64,000 nucleotides of DNA from Octopus vulgaris (Eukaryota), in contig OX597814.1 in the NCBI GenBank assembly GCA_951406725.2, forward strand, positions 80,414,001 to 80,478,000, given 5' to 3'. The position numbers and the translations under genes were made by a program. The notes under the pieces were generated by a model. It worked only from the letters and a program-made list of their open reading frames with translations. It had not been told where the DNA came from and ran no database searches. Below are positions 1-12,880 of this stretch, piece by piece; position 1 is the first letter of the stretch; every line of letters starts with the position of its first letter.

Positions 1-1085
1 AATAGACTAAAGTTTTGCCGAAAGTCGCGGAATAACCGTCTGAAGATCTGCAACGAAAAATTCGGAATAACGTATGAAGCTTCAATCTCTTAGAAATGAT
101 AAAAAATAATGCTTTGATATATATATATATATATATATATATTGATATACCTATATATATTTACATACATAGAGACATATACACACACATCTATGTCTAT
201 ATATGTCTCTGTGTGTGTCTATGTCTCTATGTATGTAAATATATATAGGTATATCAATATATATGTGTGCATATATATACATATATACATTTATATGAAG
301 TCCTTTGTACATATGTGTCCACACGTGCTTGTATGTGTGTGTACATATGTGTATGCGTGCATGCATGTACACACGCACGTGCGTCTGTATTTTTATATTT
401 GTGTGCGTTCCTTGATTGCCCTTCTTCAGTTCTACTCAAGGCGAAACACATTCTAGTTTGCTCGAGGCTAGAAGTGAAATTCGTCGTCTTGAAACCATCC
501 ACATTAGCCATAGAAATAGAAAGAAATATATATAACATACATTAGATAGCATAGTCCTCACTCGATAAACTACGCCTGGAAATTAAGAAAAAAAAAGAAA
601 GAAAGAAAAAGAGGTCATATTCACAGCTGGAACACCTTCTATTATAGAATTCGTTGTATCGAGGTTGACCTGGGGCTAAAATAATAGAAAAATATATATA
701 CAAAAAAGAACGTTAACAATAATAAAAATAGTAGCAATAGAAAATTATATTCTCTCTGGAGATAACAAATGGGTATTTTGGGATTTTTTTAATGTTTATT
801 TGCGTATTTATTTCCTTACCTTTCCCCCTAAATCTGATGAATCAATGCTGAAACTGTGGTAAATGGTGAGAAACAAAATTTCGATAGAAAAACATCAACT
901 CTGACATTTAAAGGTCTTGTTTTTATTTATTTATTTATTTAAGTATTTGTTTGTTTATTATATTACATTTTATTTTATATTTAAATATACAATAAAGAAA
1001 GAAAACTAAAAAAAATAATAAAACAGGCAGGACAAATGAAATATGTATGGGTGTGAAGGTAGAGAACACTACCCCACACGTATGA

Positions 1086-1088
<3 letters not shown>

Positions 1089-1148
<60 letters not shown>

Positions 1149-1327
1149 AACACAGACATACATGTGTACGACGCACATTCACGCAGAGAGATACACACAC
1201 GAACATACAGACATATACATACGTACATACATATGCATGCACGCACATACACACATACACACATTCAAAGATGAATATACCGTTGTAATATGCTTTAGTA
1301 TATATTTGTGTTCGAGTCTATTGGGTT

Positions 1328-1423
<96 letters not shown>

Positions 1424-1593
1424 CGTCGTACTACAAACTAGCCAAGTAAATAAATCATTCAAGAAGAGCGATAAATAAACCGAAGAAGAAGAAGAAGAAG
1501 AAGAAGAAGAAGAAGAAGAAGAAGAAGAAGAAGAAGAAGAAGAAGAAGAAGAAGAAGAAGAAGAAGAAGAAGAAGAAGAAGAAGAAGAAGAAG
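1089..1593. repeat. Microsatellite cluster: (TG)n 1089-1146 and 1328-1420, (GAA)n 1482-1593
   Basis: Directly visible tandem repeats; they explain the CV/HT/poly-S ORFs. Confidence 0.97.
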
Positions 1594-1823
1594 ATAACAA
1601 AATAATGATTGCGATTGGAAAACAATTGTATGAGAGCGAGAATTTTACTGTGTGTAAATACTCAGGGTACGCAGTAGGGATCTATAATGCAAATAGCAAT
1701 AAGACTGTGTGGTAACAAGTCTACCTCCCAGCCACATGGTTATGGGTTCGCCCCATTCCGTGGCACCTTGGACATCCGGACAGACCAAAGCCTTGCGAGT
1801 GGATTTGGTAGATAGAAACTAAA

Positions 1824-2241
1824 AGGCGTCGAGCTGGCAGAAACGTTAGAACGCCGGGCGAAATGCTTAGCCGTATTTCGTCTGCCGTTACGTTCTGAGT
1901 TCAAATTCCGCCGACGTCGACTTTGCCTTTCATCCTTTCGGGGTCGATAAAATAAGTACTAGTTACGCACTGGGGCCGATATAATCGACTTAATCCATTT
2001 ATCTGTTCTTGTTTGTTCCCTCTATGTGTAGTCCCTTGTGGGCAGTAAAGAAATAGGTATTTCGTCTGCCGTTATGTTCTGAGTTCAAATTCCGCCTAGG
2101 TCGACTTTGCCTTTCAACCCATCGGTGTCGAAAAATTAAGTACCAGTTACGCATTGGGGATCGATATAATCGGTTTAATCCCTTTGTCCTTGTTTGTCCA
2201 CTCAATGTTTAGCTCCTTGTGGGCAATAAAGAAATAAGAAA
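1824..2241 (+). mobile_element. tRNA-derived SINE (family A), one full copy plus a tandem 5'-truncated second copy
   Basis: Head AAGGCGTCGAGCTGGCAGAAACGTTAG, B-box-like GAGTTCAAATTCC, core CTTTCATCCTTTCGGGGTCGATAAA, tail AAAGAAATAAGAAA. The body repeats from about 2057. Related copies lie near 14443, 25395-25600(-), 52215-52818(-), 56224 and 57215. The core resembles the Meta-SINE domain from memory (unverified). Confidence 0.85.
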
Positions 2242-2559
2242 CTAAAAGAAGCTCATGTGGGTGTGCACATGTGTGTGTGTGTGTGTGTTTGTGTGAGTGT
2301 GTGTTTGTGCGTGTGAGTGTATAAACATCGTACTGCAAACTACCCAAGTACATAATTCATTCAATAAGAGCGATAAATAAAACCTACAAAATACATATAG
2401 TTGTGACATATTTCAACTGCTAAAGGTATATTCACTGCCGTTACCGTGGTGGAAGATTCTCCCTTATCGTAAAAAAAAAACGTGTAAAAACATCATATCT
2501 ATCCAGTAGGAAATACACTAGCTGTACATTAGCTCACTTTCTCCACTCAAATAGGCATT

Positions 2560-2725
2560 GCCTGAAGAAGTGCACGGTGCACCACGTATCAGGTGTCGAA
2601 TTGATCGCAAAGTAAGGTGAGGGAAAGTGATTTACTAAAAAACACAACGCACAACTCGGGCTAGGTACTGAAACCATGATCTGACGATCGTGAGTGCGTC
2701 ACTCTAACCACTAGACCATTCGCCT
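2560..2725 (-). mobile_element. Diverged tRNA-derived SINE fragment
   Basis: Reverse strand begins AGGCGAATGGTCTAGTGGTTAG (A-box-like) followed by a degenerate B-box; resembles the head of the 58673 element. Confidence 0.5.
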
Positions 2726-2810
2726 GAAACAAGTAAAAGATAAACGCCGATAAACACACACACACACACACACACAAATACACAAACACACACACACACA
2801 CACATGCACT

Positions 2811-2905
2811 TCGTGGCACCTTGGGTAAGCATCTTCTACTATAGCCTCGAGCCGACCAAAAGCTTGTGAGTGGATTTGGTATACGGAAACTGAAAGAAGC
2901 TCGTC

Positions 2906-2952
<47 letters not shown>

Positions 2953-3223
2953 AATATTTAAAAATTGAGGGAGATAAATTAATATTAATTTTAATATCAA
3001 TTTAAAACCAGTAGTCCAGCATTCAAAAATCTGAGGAGTCAGAGAAAATTCAAATATATGTGTATATTGGCAGGGCTGGCCTGCTAGGTAGCCGGCCAGA
3101 ATGCTAGAAATAGATCATAAACGATCAAACTACAAGGGAAATTCTAATTTCCCTTGTAGTTTGATCGTTTATGATCTATTTCTAGCATTCTGGCCGGCTA
3201 CCTAGCAGGCCAGCCCTGCCAAT

Positions 3224-3266
<43 letters not shown>

Positions 3267-3472
3267 TGAGTGTCTGTGTTTGTCCACACAACATCGCTTC
3301 ACAACCGATGCTGGTGTGTTTACGCCCCCGTAACTTAGCGGTTCGGCAAGAGTGACCGATAGAATAAGTACTAGGCTTACAAAGAATAAGTCCTGGGGTC
3401 GATTTGCTCGACTAAATGTGATGCTCCAGCATGGCCGTGGTCAAATGACTGAAAAAAATAAAAGAATAAAAG
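2811..3472 (+). mobile_element. SINE family B (bipartite, central microsatellite), interrupted by a fold-back element
   Basis: Left half 2811-2907 (GTGGCACCTTGGG...GGATTTGGTATACGGAAACTGAAAGAAGC) and right half 3265-3472 (CCAGCATGGCCGTGGTCAAATGACTGAAA) match the complete copies at 21348-21735 and 59075-59426. Confidence 0.85.
3061..3228. repeat. Perfect inverted repeat, 83-bp arms, 2-nt loop
   Basis: 3061-3143 is the exact reverse complement of 3146-3228 (centre AAGGGAAATT-CT-AATTTCCCTT). Confidence 0.97.
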
Positions 3473-3784
3473 AATATAGATAGATACATACATACATAGA
3501 TTTTTATGTATATGCATATTCATGTGTGTGTGTGTGTGTGTAGATAGTACTGTAGCTATATAAATATAAGAATATATATATACATGTGCGTATGTGTGTG
3601 ATACGTCTTCAATTGCGTACACTGGTTATTATTCATCTGTGTGGATATTCGCGTGACGTCACTGAATATTTTAATCACCGTTTTTCGTCAGAGTATGTGG
3701 CTGGCTGAGAGTATGCAGCAATGAAAAGGCTCGAAAAGGCTGAAATGTATCTGTCTATGCATCCATGTAATGTTATATATATAT

Positions 3785-6300
3785 TTTCTCCAGGCATCCC
3801 CGTCATCTAAACATCTCCCCAGCCTAACTCTCGGCTCTTCAATGTCTCCGACGCCGCACTGACATCATCATGAAACGGGCCGATAAGGGTGGAGATGGTG
3901 GTTGTGTGGCGCACAGACCTCTACAAGGCCAAAGCTCTCCGCCAACTTCAAGACACCTCCTTCTACAGCCCTCTGCCCTCTGACCCCACGCCCAGCTACC
4001 AACAGACTGTGTCCTCCACTATCCACGACCTTATCTCCTCCTCCCGTCTCCCTCCAACCGCATCCAACCTCATTGTCCGCACCCCTCGCACCCCAACTAT
4101 TTACTTCCTCCCCAAAATCCACAAGGCTAACAACCCTGGCCGCCCCATCGTCTCTGCCTACAACTTCCCCACCGAACTCATCTTGACCGTATCCTTGCCC
4201 TCTAGTGGCTTCCCTCCCCTCTGACATCTTTGACACCAGCCACGCGCTTCGTTTGTTCAACTCTTTCTCCTTCGGCCCTGGCCCCTCTAAACTTATCTTC
4301 ACTCTCGACATCCAGAGCCTTACACGGTGATCCTTCACCACGAGTGGCTGCGTGCACTCCAACATTTCCTTGACCTTCGACCCAACCCCCAACCCGACAC
4401 ATCCACACTCGTTCGTCTGGCCGAACTTGTCCTCTCACTGAACTGCTTCTTGTTCGCTGGTGATTTCTACTAGCATTCTCGGTAGTGCCTATGGGAACGA
4501 GAATGGACTCCAATTATGCGAACCTATTCGTTGGCTACGTTGAGGCCCAAATATTCTGAAGTTTGACTGGTCCCACTCCCAAACTATACGGCCGTTATAT
4601 TGACGACTGCATCGGTGCGACCTCACTCTCCCGCGAACATCTAAACTCCTTCCTCTCTTTTGTCAAATCTTTCCATCCTACCTTTCACTTCTCCTGCACT
4701 ATCTCTGACACCTCTGTATCCTTCTTTGACATTTCGGTCAGCATTCATCACTCCACTCTCACCACCTCCATCCACAACAAAAACACAGACTCACACTCAT
4801 ACCTCAACTTCTCCTCCTCCCACCTAAATACACCAAGCTTTCCACCCCCTATTCCCAATTCCTCCGTCTTTTTCAGGCTCTGTGGTGACGACCATAATTT
4901 TGACACTCAGTCTCAACTCATGGCTCGCCACTTAATTCTATGTGGATATCCCCTCACCACTATCCACACAGCCCTTGCCAGAGCACGTTCTGTGGACCGT
5001 GCATCTGCCCTCTCCCCCGAACACGCCTCGCTGTCTCCCGCCTCCCGTTTCCCCTCAACTACCACCCCAACCACCCTACCTCTCCAACGCACCGTCCTCT
5101 GAGCCTCCCGGCGACTCCAGTCCGACCCCTCCACGTCGCACATCTTCCCTAACCGACCTCTCCCCTCCTTCAAACGAGCCCACAACCTACGAGACCTTTT
5201 GGTCCACTGCTTCTTCCCTAACCCAACCTCCCAACCTGGCTCGTTCCCCTGCTCCCGCACACGCTGCCGCACTTGCCCTTACCTCTCCAACACCACCCTC
5301 CGTACCGGCACCCATCAGCGACCCTATCACATCACCTGCACTTCTACCAATGTCATCTACTGCATCTCCTGCTCTCTCTGCCCTTCTCTATACATCGGGC
5401 AAACGGGACGCCGCCTGGCTGACCGGTTCGCGGATCACCTCCGAGACATCCAACTCGGCAATGACACCCCGGTCGCGCGCCATTTTCGCTCTACTGGTCA
5501 CTCTTTGCAACACCTGTCCGTATTCGGATTGTCCTTGCTCAGGGGCCATCCAGACTCCCGTTTGCGCCGTGAACAGGGATTAATCTTCTCGCTTCGCTCC
5601 TTTGCGCCACATGGGCTCAACTCTCCTTCCCTCTTCATCTAACCTACTCCACTCGCCTCGCTACCCCTCATACCTACTTCCTCCCGCCAACCTCTCCTCT
5701 CTTACGCCGACTCCTACTTCTCTTCACTCCTATACTCCTTCTCCCTTCTCTTCACTCCTACCCACCTTCTCCCTCCCCTTCATCGTCATCCCTCCCTTGT
5801 AACCCCACCCCATCCCCACACATTCCAATCCCAACTTCTTTATCCTTCCCATCCTACCCCACCCCATTCTTTACACCCACTCTCACATACCCCCATCTCT
5901 ACCCCCACCCTCTGCCTACCCACATACCTACCTCCACCCCCACCCTCAGCCTAATCCACACCCCACCCTTGCTTTCTCCACTCTCGCCCTACCTCCCAAC
6001 ACTATCACACCACACACCACTACACCATACACCACCATACCACACACCACTACTTTATTATCTCCCCTTCTTCCTAATTCTCCTGTGACCCTTCTGTCCA
6101 GCATTCGCCATGATAGATCGCAAGCCACTACACATTCTTGTTTTCTCTCCTTGTTTCTTTCTGTGTTCCTTTCTGTGGAAGAGCGTAGGTTCGAAACGTT
6201 AAGACTTTTTTCTCTTCCCGAGCGTTAAACTAATACATTTGTTTGTTGTCTACACCAACTGTCTTCGGCTTTTGTTTTTTTTTGTGTGAATTCTCCCTAT
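3785..6300 (+). mobile_element. Penelope-like retroelement (Neptune-like), 5'-truncated, RT + GIY-YIG pseudogene with 3' tail
   Basis: Motifs DIIMKRADKGG, YFLPKIHK..PGRPIVS, PMGTRMDSNYANLF, RYIDDC, Cys linker CSRTRCRTC, and GIY-YIG NVIYCISCSLCPSLYIGQTGRRLADRFADH...GLN. Frameshifts and stops are present. Flanked by short (TA)n on the left and TA/TG repeats on the right. Confidence 0.93.
6169..6204 (+). ncRNA. Minimal hammerhead-ribozyme-like motif in the Penelope 3' tail (U at position 6)
   Basis: CTTT-CTGTGGA-A-GAGC-GTAG-GTTC-GAAAC-GTT-AAG: stem I, core, stem II and palindromic ACGT stem III. Related copies at 20432(+), 20725(-) and 40531(-). Confidence 0.6.
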
Positions 6301-6314
6301 AGATATATGTGTGT

Positions 6315-6354
<40 letters not shown>

Positions 6355-6417
6355 TTATATGTATGCATATATATAAAAATATGTATATATATGTATGAAT
6401 ATATGTGTATATATATG

Positions 6418-6465
<48 letters not shown>

Positions 6466-6614
6466 TGTGTATATATAAGTGTGAGTGTATGTATATATAT
6501 AATGCATGTATATAGATATATGTATGTATATATGTATATATTTATGTTTGTATGTACATATATATATATGTGTGTGTGTGTGTGTATGTATATATACATA
6601 TATGTGTATTTATA

Positions 6615-7730
6615 CAAAGTCATAGAAAAAGGTTTCCATGAATTTAGTTGTCAATTGCACTAACTATAAGCCAGCGATCTGTATAAAATCAACGTGGGAC
6701 TGTATTACAAATTTAGAAGTTTTGATATTTGCCACTGCGTTTTCCTTGAAATCATTATTTCACTAGTGCACGTCTGGCCAGTCACTCCACGGCAATCATG
6801 GTGACTGTACAGCAGAAAGCGCACTGTGTGATGTGACATGCTGAGTTTAAGTTTGAGACTGTCATGTTTGCGTAGTCCTAAGAAGTTCATCACTCGATGC
6901 AGTTTGGAACTTCGTATGCCCAAAACAACAATTCCAAATATGCTGCATAAACGCCTAACAAAATTCAAATGAGACATAAAATTAAGGAGACAGATAGGTC
7001 TAAACGCGTTGAATTTGCTGTAACGATGCTGAGAGAAATTGATAACGATGATAGTTATCTTAAGAAAAAATTATTTAGTGATGAAGCAGCATTCCACATA
7101 AATGGTTGTGTTAACTGACATAACAGTCGGATATGAGGAGCTTAGCAACCCAATGAAGTTTTCTAGTACGTCTGTGATTCGCTTAAGGTTAATGTGTGGT
7201 GTGGACTCCTGCATGACCGTGTTGTCGGCCCTTCATGTGTGTTCCCTTTAATTGCAGACATTGAAAGAAAAAAGAGAATAAGTGTAATTTTCCATCAGGA
7301 TGGAGCGTCGGCTCACTACAACCATAATGTGTGACAAGCTTTCAACAACAGATTCCTTAGCCGTTGGATTGAAAAGCATGGTCCTGTTTTGTGGCCACCT
7401 AGAAGCCCTGATCTAACCCCTTTAAAATTTTTTCTTTTGGGGTTCTCTTAAGAACATTGTCTACGCAGAAGAAATCCAGGATCTGCAACATTTAAGAGAG
7501 AGAAACCACGCGGCTATAGCGAGTGTGAATCCCGATATGATTCAGCGCACCTGGAGGGAGGTCGACTAACGCTTAGATGTTTGCCGTACAACAAAGGAAA
7601 CTCATATCGAAACATAATGTAAGAAAAATTTAAGATTTTCTGTGTTTTGATGTATAAATAAATAGTATACCTTTAATACAGACTTAATTATTTCATTTTG
7701 AAGTCCCGGAAAACTTTTTCGATGACTCTG
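6615..7730 (+). mobile_element. Tc1/mariner transposon, rosa (DD41D)-like, degraded transposase
   Basis: Imperfect TIRs CAAAGTCATAGAAAAAGGTTTCC and (reverse complement) CAGAGTCATCGAAAAAGTTTTCC, with TA on both sides. Motifs FSDEAAFHINGCVN, KVNVWCG, FHQDGASAH and WPPRSPDLTPL. Multiple stops. Confidence 0.92.
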
Positions 7731-7778
7731 TATAAATGTGTGTGTGTGTGTGTGTGCGTGTGTGTAACTATATATGTG

Positions 7779-7873
<95 letters not shown>

Positions 7874-7919
7874 ATATATATATATATGTATATATATATT
7901 TACTTATTTATTTGTGTGT

Positions 7920-8830
7920 GAGGGCGCATACTGGGGTACCACCAATGTTATCTTTTCAATGGCCATTCTTTTGTGATTGACTTTTGGTGAAGGTGGGAGT
8001 TCGACATTGCTGCCCTTTTGCGGTGTTCTTGTCGTAATGTAGATTCATCAGCAGGAGTTCAAGTTGTTTCTTGAAAACATCTATCCTACTCCATGTCGGG
8101 TAGATGTTTTGGCAAGATATAAAATAGCCCTGGATCTTCGAATCTTCAGCTATTTCAGTAGATTACACGGTCCTCATTCTATATGGGATGAATGGGAGTT
8201 TGGAACAGTGCAGTTCTGGGGCTAAGATAGCTCGGTGCCAAAACACTAGGATCTTCATTACCTGTGTCACTTCATATCTCTCTTGTCTTCGCTTCAGGGA
8301 GTAGAGTCATTGCTCTTTCACTATCTCTGTGTAGCTCAGCTGTTCCACTGATGCAATCTTTCTGCTGTAGCGCCGCTGAACTGTCTCAAACTCCGCTGTT
8401 GGATGACCACAGTTGAGAGTAGTCGTCCATATGGTTGAGAACAAATTTCCCCCAGAGAACCAGCATAGTGTCTGAAAGTTCTCACAGTCCATCCGGTTAT
8501 TTGCCAGCTCATTGCCACCATCTTAGTGATATCAACATAAAACGAGGTGTTGTTGATCATATCTATCCCCAGATCACGCAATGTACTTGTTTCTAGGATT
8601 GCCTCTCCTTTTAGTCCAAAGTATTGTTGTTGGCTGAAAGCGGGGGCCTTGGAATTTTCCTGCATTAATTTGCATGTGGTTTTCTTTAGCCCATTTATAA
8701 TATGGCTCTATGTCTTTCTGATGAAGAATATAATCGAAGGGTTCCTTGGCTGCTTGTGCTACTTTTGTGTCGTTGGCATAGCTGGTAAGTTTGGCTGGCT
8801 GTGTAACTGTTGGCATGTACGAAAGAGCTA
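7920..8830 (-). mobile_element. CR1/L2-like LINE 3' fragment (RT C-terminal part), degraded
   Basis: SYANDTK (degenerate YADDTK), KWAKENHMQINAGKFQ, LRDLGI and ETVQRRYSRKI..LSY..LYSLKRR across shifting frames. Confidence 0.85.
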
Positions 8831-8924
8831 ACATAAATACACACACGCACACACACACACACATCAGGGACGTAAACAAATGAACGGTAATAATGAAATA
8901 CAAAGACTCTCTCACACACACACA

Positions 8925-9130
<206 letters not shown>

Positions 9131-9729
9131 GTCAGTTTGATGGATTACATGACATATATCTTGGACTCAAAAATTAAACTTGGAATATATTTTTACCACT
9201 GTTTACTCATTCTCAACACTCATACCTACACTCAAACTCATACACACATACACTCACACTCATACACACACATACATACATGCACACAAGCACGCTCACA
9301 CGCACACGCTCTCTCTCACACACACATACCCGCACATGCACCACGTATGCATTGTATCATCTCGACATTATTGATTCGTTCGATAGATAAATGTGTAGGC
9401 TTATAAGGTGGAAAGGTAACGCACAAGAAGCCAACCGTATCAACATGACCATAAGTCTGCTGCGAGTTTGCTGTTTCAATATTATATAAACTGAATCCCG
9501 AATAAATAAATTCTTCGAAATCACGAGTAGAGAAAGCCAAAGTAGGTGATTGATATGCAGCCAAGTTGAATCCGGAAAACATCTTCATACCCTCTTTTGG
9601 ATTAATTCCAGTAAAATGGCGAAATGGTGGAGTGGAATAAGGAATATTCAAGAATGTTACGCTAATGAAGAAGACTGGTGTAAGATTAAGTATTCAAATG
9701 CTACAGTTGCATAATTATATGTGCATTTG

Positions 9730-10250
9730 CAAGAATGTTTCAGTTAATTTCTTTTTATATTAATATATTCATTCTTTCGTTTATATGACCAGTTATATAT
9801 TTATTTATCCACTGTTAATTTATTCATGACTAATTTGTATGGTCATTAATTAATCCATTCGTTATTATAGTTATTCGTTTTTCATTCATGTAATTATTCA
9901 TTCCTTCAATTATTTGTTTATTTATTGTTCATTTATTCACTCATTTAATCATTCGTTTATGCATTCATACATCAATTCAATTTATTCATTCATTATTCAT
10001 CAATCATTTATCAATTCCTTAATTTATGTCAATCATATATTCATTCATTCAGTCATTTATTGATGTCATTCAAACAATTATTCATCCATTAATTTTTCCA
10101 TATATTCATTAATTAGTTTACTTGTTTGATTATTCATTATTCTTTATTCATTAGTCATGGATTTATGCACTCATTATTCATCCCACAATCATTCATTCAC
10201 TCAACAGTTCAATTATTCAGTGATTCCTTTATTTATTACATTCATTCATA
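9730..10250. repeat. Highly degenerate (ATTC)n-like tandem array
   Basis: Recurrent ATTCATT/TTCAT units over about 500 bp, very AT-rich. Confidence 0.75.
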
Positions 10251-12539
10251 CGTCAAAAATTAAGCCTCTTGACGTTCCATGCGTGTGTTTAAACCTGTGT
10301 GTGTGAGTGAGTGTGTGTGTGCAGGTGTGTGTGTGTATGCAGATGTGTGTGTGTATGCAGGTGTGTGTGTGTTGTCGTGTATGTGTTGCTATGAAGTTTG
10401 CTTGGGAACTATTTGGTACCGAGATCGATTTTATTGTGCTGCACAATGGAATTCTTTTGCTGTAAGCCGTGTGTAGAATTGCGCAAAACCCCGCTGTATA
10501 TGCATGTATACAAGCATACATACATACATACACACATACACACACACACACAAATACACACGAAAGCACGCAGAACGCACAGATAGAGTGGGAGAGGAAG
10601 ATGAGTAGAAAGGGAGGAAAAGGAGAGAGAGTTGAGCAGATCACAGAAAAAGGGAAACCGCAGGAGTGATTCAAGTGCCTATAATGTCATTCGAAATTAT
10701 TTGTCGAACCAAACAGATTCTGAAACACCGATTCGATATATAACTAGAATGTTCGAAAACTCTTTCGAAAAGAAAGGAAAAGAAACATACTAAAATATCA
10801 TGTGATAATAGGAATTTTCAGAAGCTACTCACTGGTTGATGTATGTGATTATACTCGTATAGAAATCTAGGGGATTGATAGAATTGATAGAGTAGCGGTC
10901 AAAAATCTGCATTGTTTATTTAATATCATTTATATTCAGAGTTCAAATTCCATCATTTTCTTCCTTCCAGTGTCCTTGAAGCTAAGTGCCAGCTAAAATA
11001 CTAGAATCGGTTTAATTTTCTTATATTGTATCCTAAATTTGACAGATACTATTAGGGCTGTAATAACTACTGAAATATTTCCTATGCCTTGTTATAAGTG
11101 CTTCTTTTGGTAACGTGATATTGTCAGTATACTTTTCAGAAGTAACGAAAAGAGAAGCTAATCTCTGCGTATTGGAACTGTACTCAGTCAAACTTCAAAT
11201 ATCTAGGGCGGTGCTGTTGCTATTGTCTTCCTTAAAATAAATTTAAAATAAATTTAAAATAGTAAATTAAAAGATATAATCCCCCACTGAAAGCTTATAA
11301 AGCAAGATACATACACATTCATATAAAGTTCTTGTCCACATTTAGATACACACAAAATTCAAGCAAACGGACATTCACTCGTAAGATGCGCTCAACCACT
11401 TACACACAGGCTTAAACCAAGTTATTCACAAACGCACACACGTACTCGTGTACACACACAGATATACACAAACCGCTAATGCCATCAACGGTATTATATA
11501 TTTATTTATTACTACTGTCATGTCACACTCTTCGTTGTCGTTGTTATGTTCTTGTAAAAAAAGAAAATTACAAACACGAAGAGAGAAAGAGATAGAGAGA
11601 GAGTAATATTACTCAGCCAGTTAGACAGATAAACAGTCAACGAAGCAGACAGCTAACCAACCAATCAAGCAGTTTAGTCATGCTGTCTGTTATTTAGTCT
11701 GTCAGTCGCAAAAGATTAATTATTGTTGGCAGCTTAGAAAGAAAGAAAGGAAATATTGAGAAGGTTAGCAGATTCTTCGCTTTTTAAAAAGATCATCATG
11801 AAGATGTGCTTTCTTTCAGCAATAAAGCAAAAATATGAAATGAAGATCGGACTTTCTAATGGTAAAACCAACAATCGTAAATTTCCGATGTTAGTCGACG
11901 TCGGCAAGAAACAAGTAAACATTTTTTTTAAAGTTTTTGTTTGCTTTTTTTTTTGTTTTTTAATTCATTGGTCAGGTTTTCTGAGCTGGATCCTGCGTAT
12001 CGTGTTCTCTTCACAGATGGTCAGCTAATGCTGGTTGACCATATGCCACGTGGTCAAGGCGGATGAGGGACTGATTGGGACACTGCTCGGAGGATTGCTC
12101 TTGGCGACACAAACAAATACAGGCAAATGATAGTTGCAACGACGTCCTGCGACGGTGCATTCCTCCATAGCTGACCTGACTTGTCAGAGAAAGAGAGAGG
12201 GAGAGGGAAAGAGGGGGAGAGTAGGCAACAGCCATTACTCCACCTTTTTCAGATCTTCCACAATTGATTGAAATAGGGAGGAATGAAGTAATTCTCTAAC
12301 CAGAGACCTCATCCAAATGCTTGCCCAGTTTGATATCAAGTCTACCAATCAAGAACTCAGAACGCAAAGAACCTGAACAATACCTCCAAACATCGCATCC
12401 GATGTGCTAACGATTCTGCTACTCTAGCACACTGAACGGGTCTTTTTTTGCTTTTATCTAGAAAGCTGACCTTCGCAAGATTTGAACTCAAAGTGTAAAA
12501 TATGACATTTAGTCTTAAGATGTAATGACTTGACCTTTT

Positions 12540-12880
12540 GTGCTTCTGTTGCCTGGAAGAAATGAACAATCTTGATATTTCAAGCTCTTTATCAAGGAGT
12601 GAAGAGATATAATTCCGTGTGCTCTTATGTAGGTGTCATTCTTGTAAAGAAGTACTTACGTGGGTTCGTAGGGATGTGGGTTCTGAGTGAAAGAGAGAAG
12701 AAGTGGACGGTGGGAAGAAACGTCGATCGTGTGCAAAAACATTAATGGTAGCAAAGTCGATGAATGTATATGGGCGCTGATACATTTGTATATATGTTTG
12801 GACGTGTAAGGAGGAAGGCCAAGTGATGTGAGTCAATCTGCTGTTCCAGTTGTGAGGTGAGAGACACCAACCAAGATGTC
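12540..12880 (+). mobile_element. Highly degraded RTE-like LINE C-terminal fragment
   Basis: Hand translation gives ASVAWKK, MWVLSEREKK and YMFGRVRRK, resembling the RTE W.L and LRWFGHV motifs. Confidence 0.45.

Noticed and set aside
36-70. CTGAAGA...GAAA hammerhead-like spacing
   Set aside because: Stems I and II do not pair convincingly, and the window edge removes context.
829-885. CTGATGA followed by two GAAAC motifs
   Set aside because: No consistent stem I; could be a decayed PLE tail but cannot be supported.
3031-3048. CTGAGGA-GTCAGA-GAAA in the first hairpin element
   Set aside because: No G-C closing pair for stem II, and not conserved in the related 27001 element.
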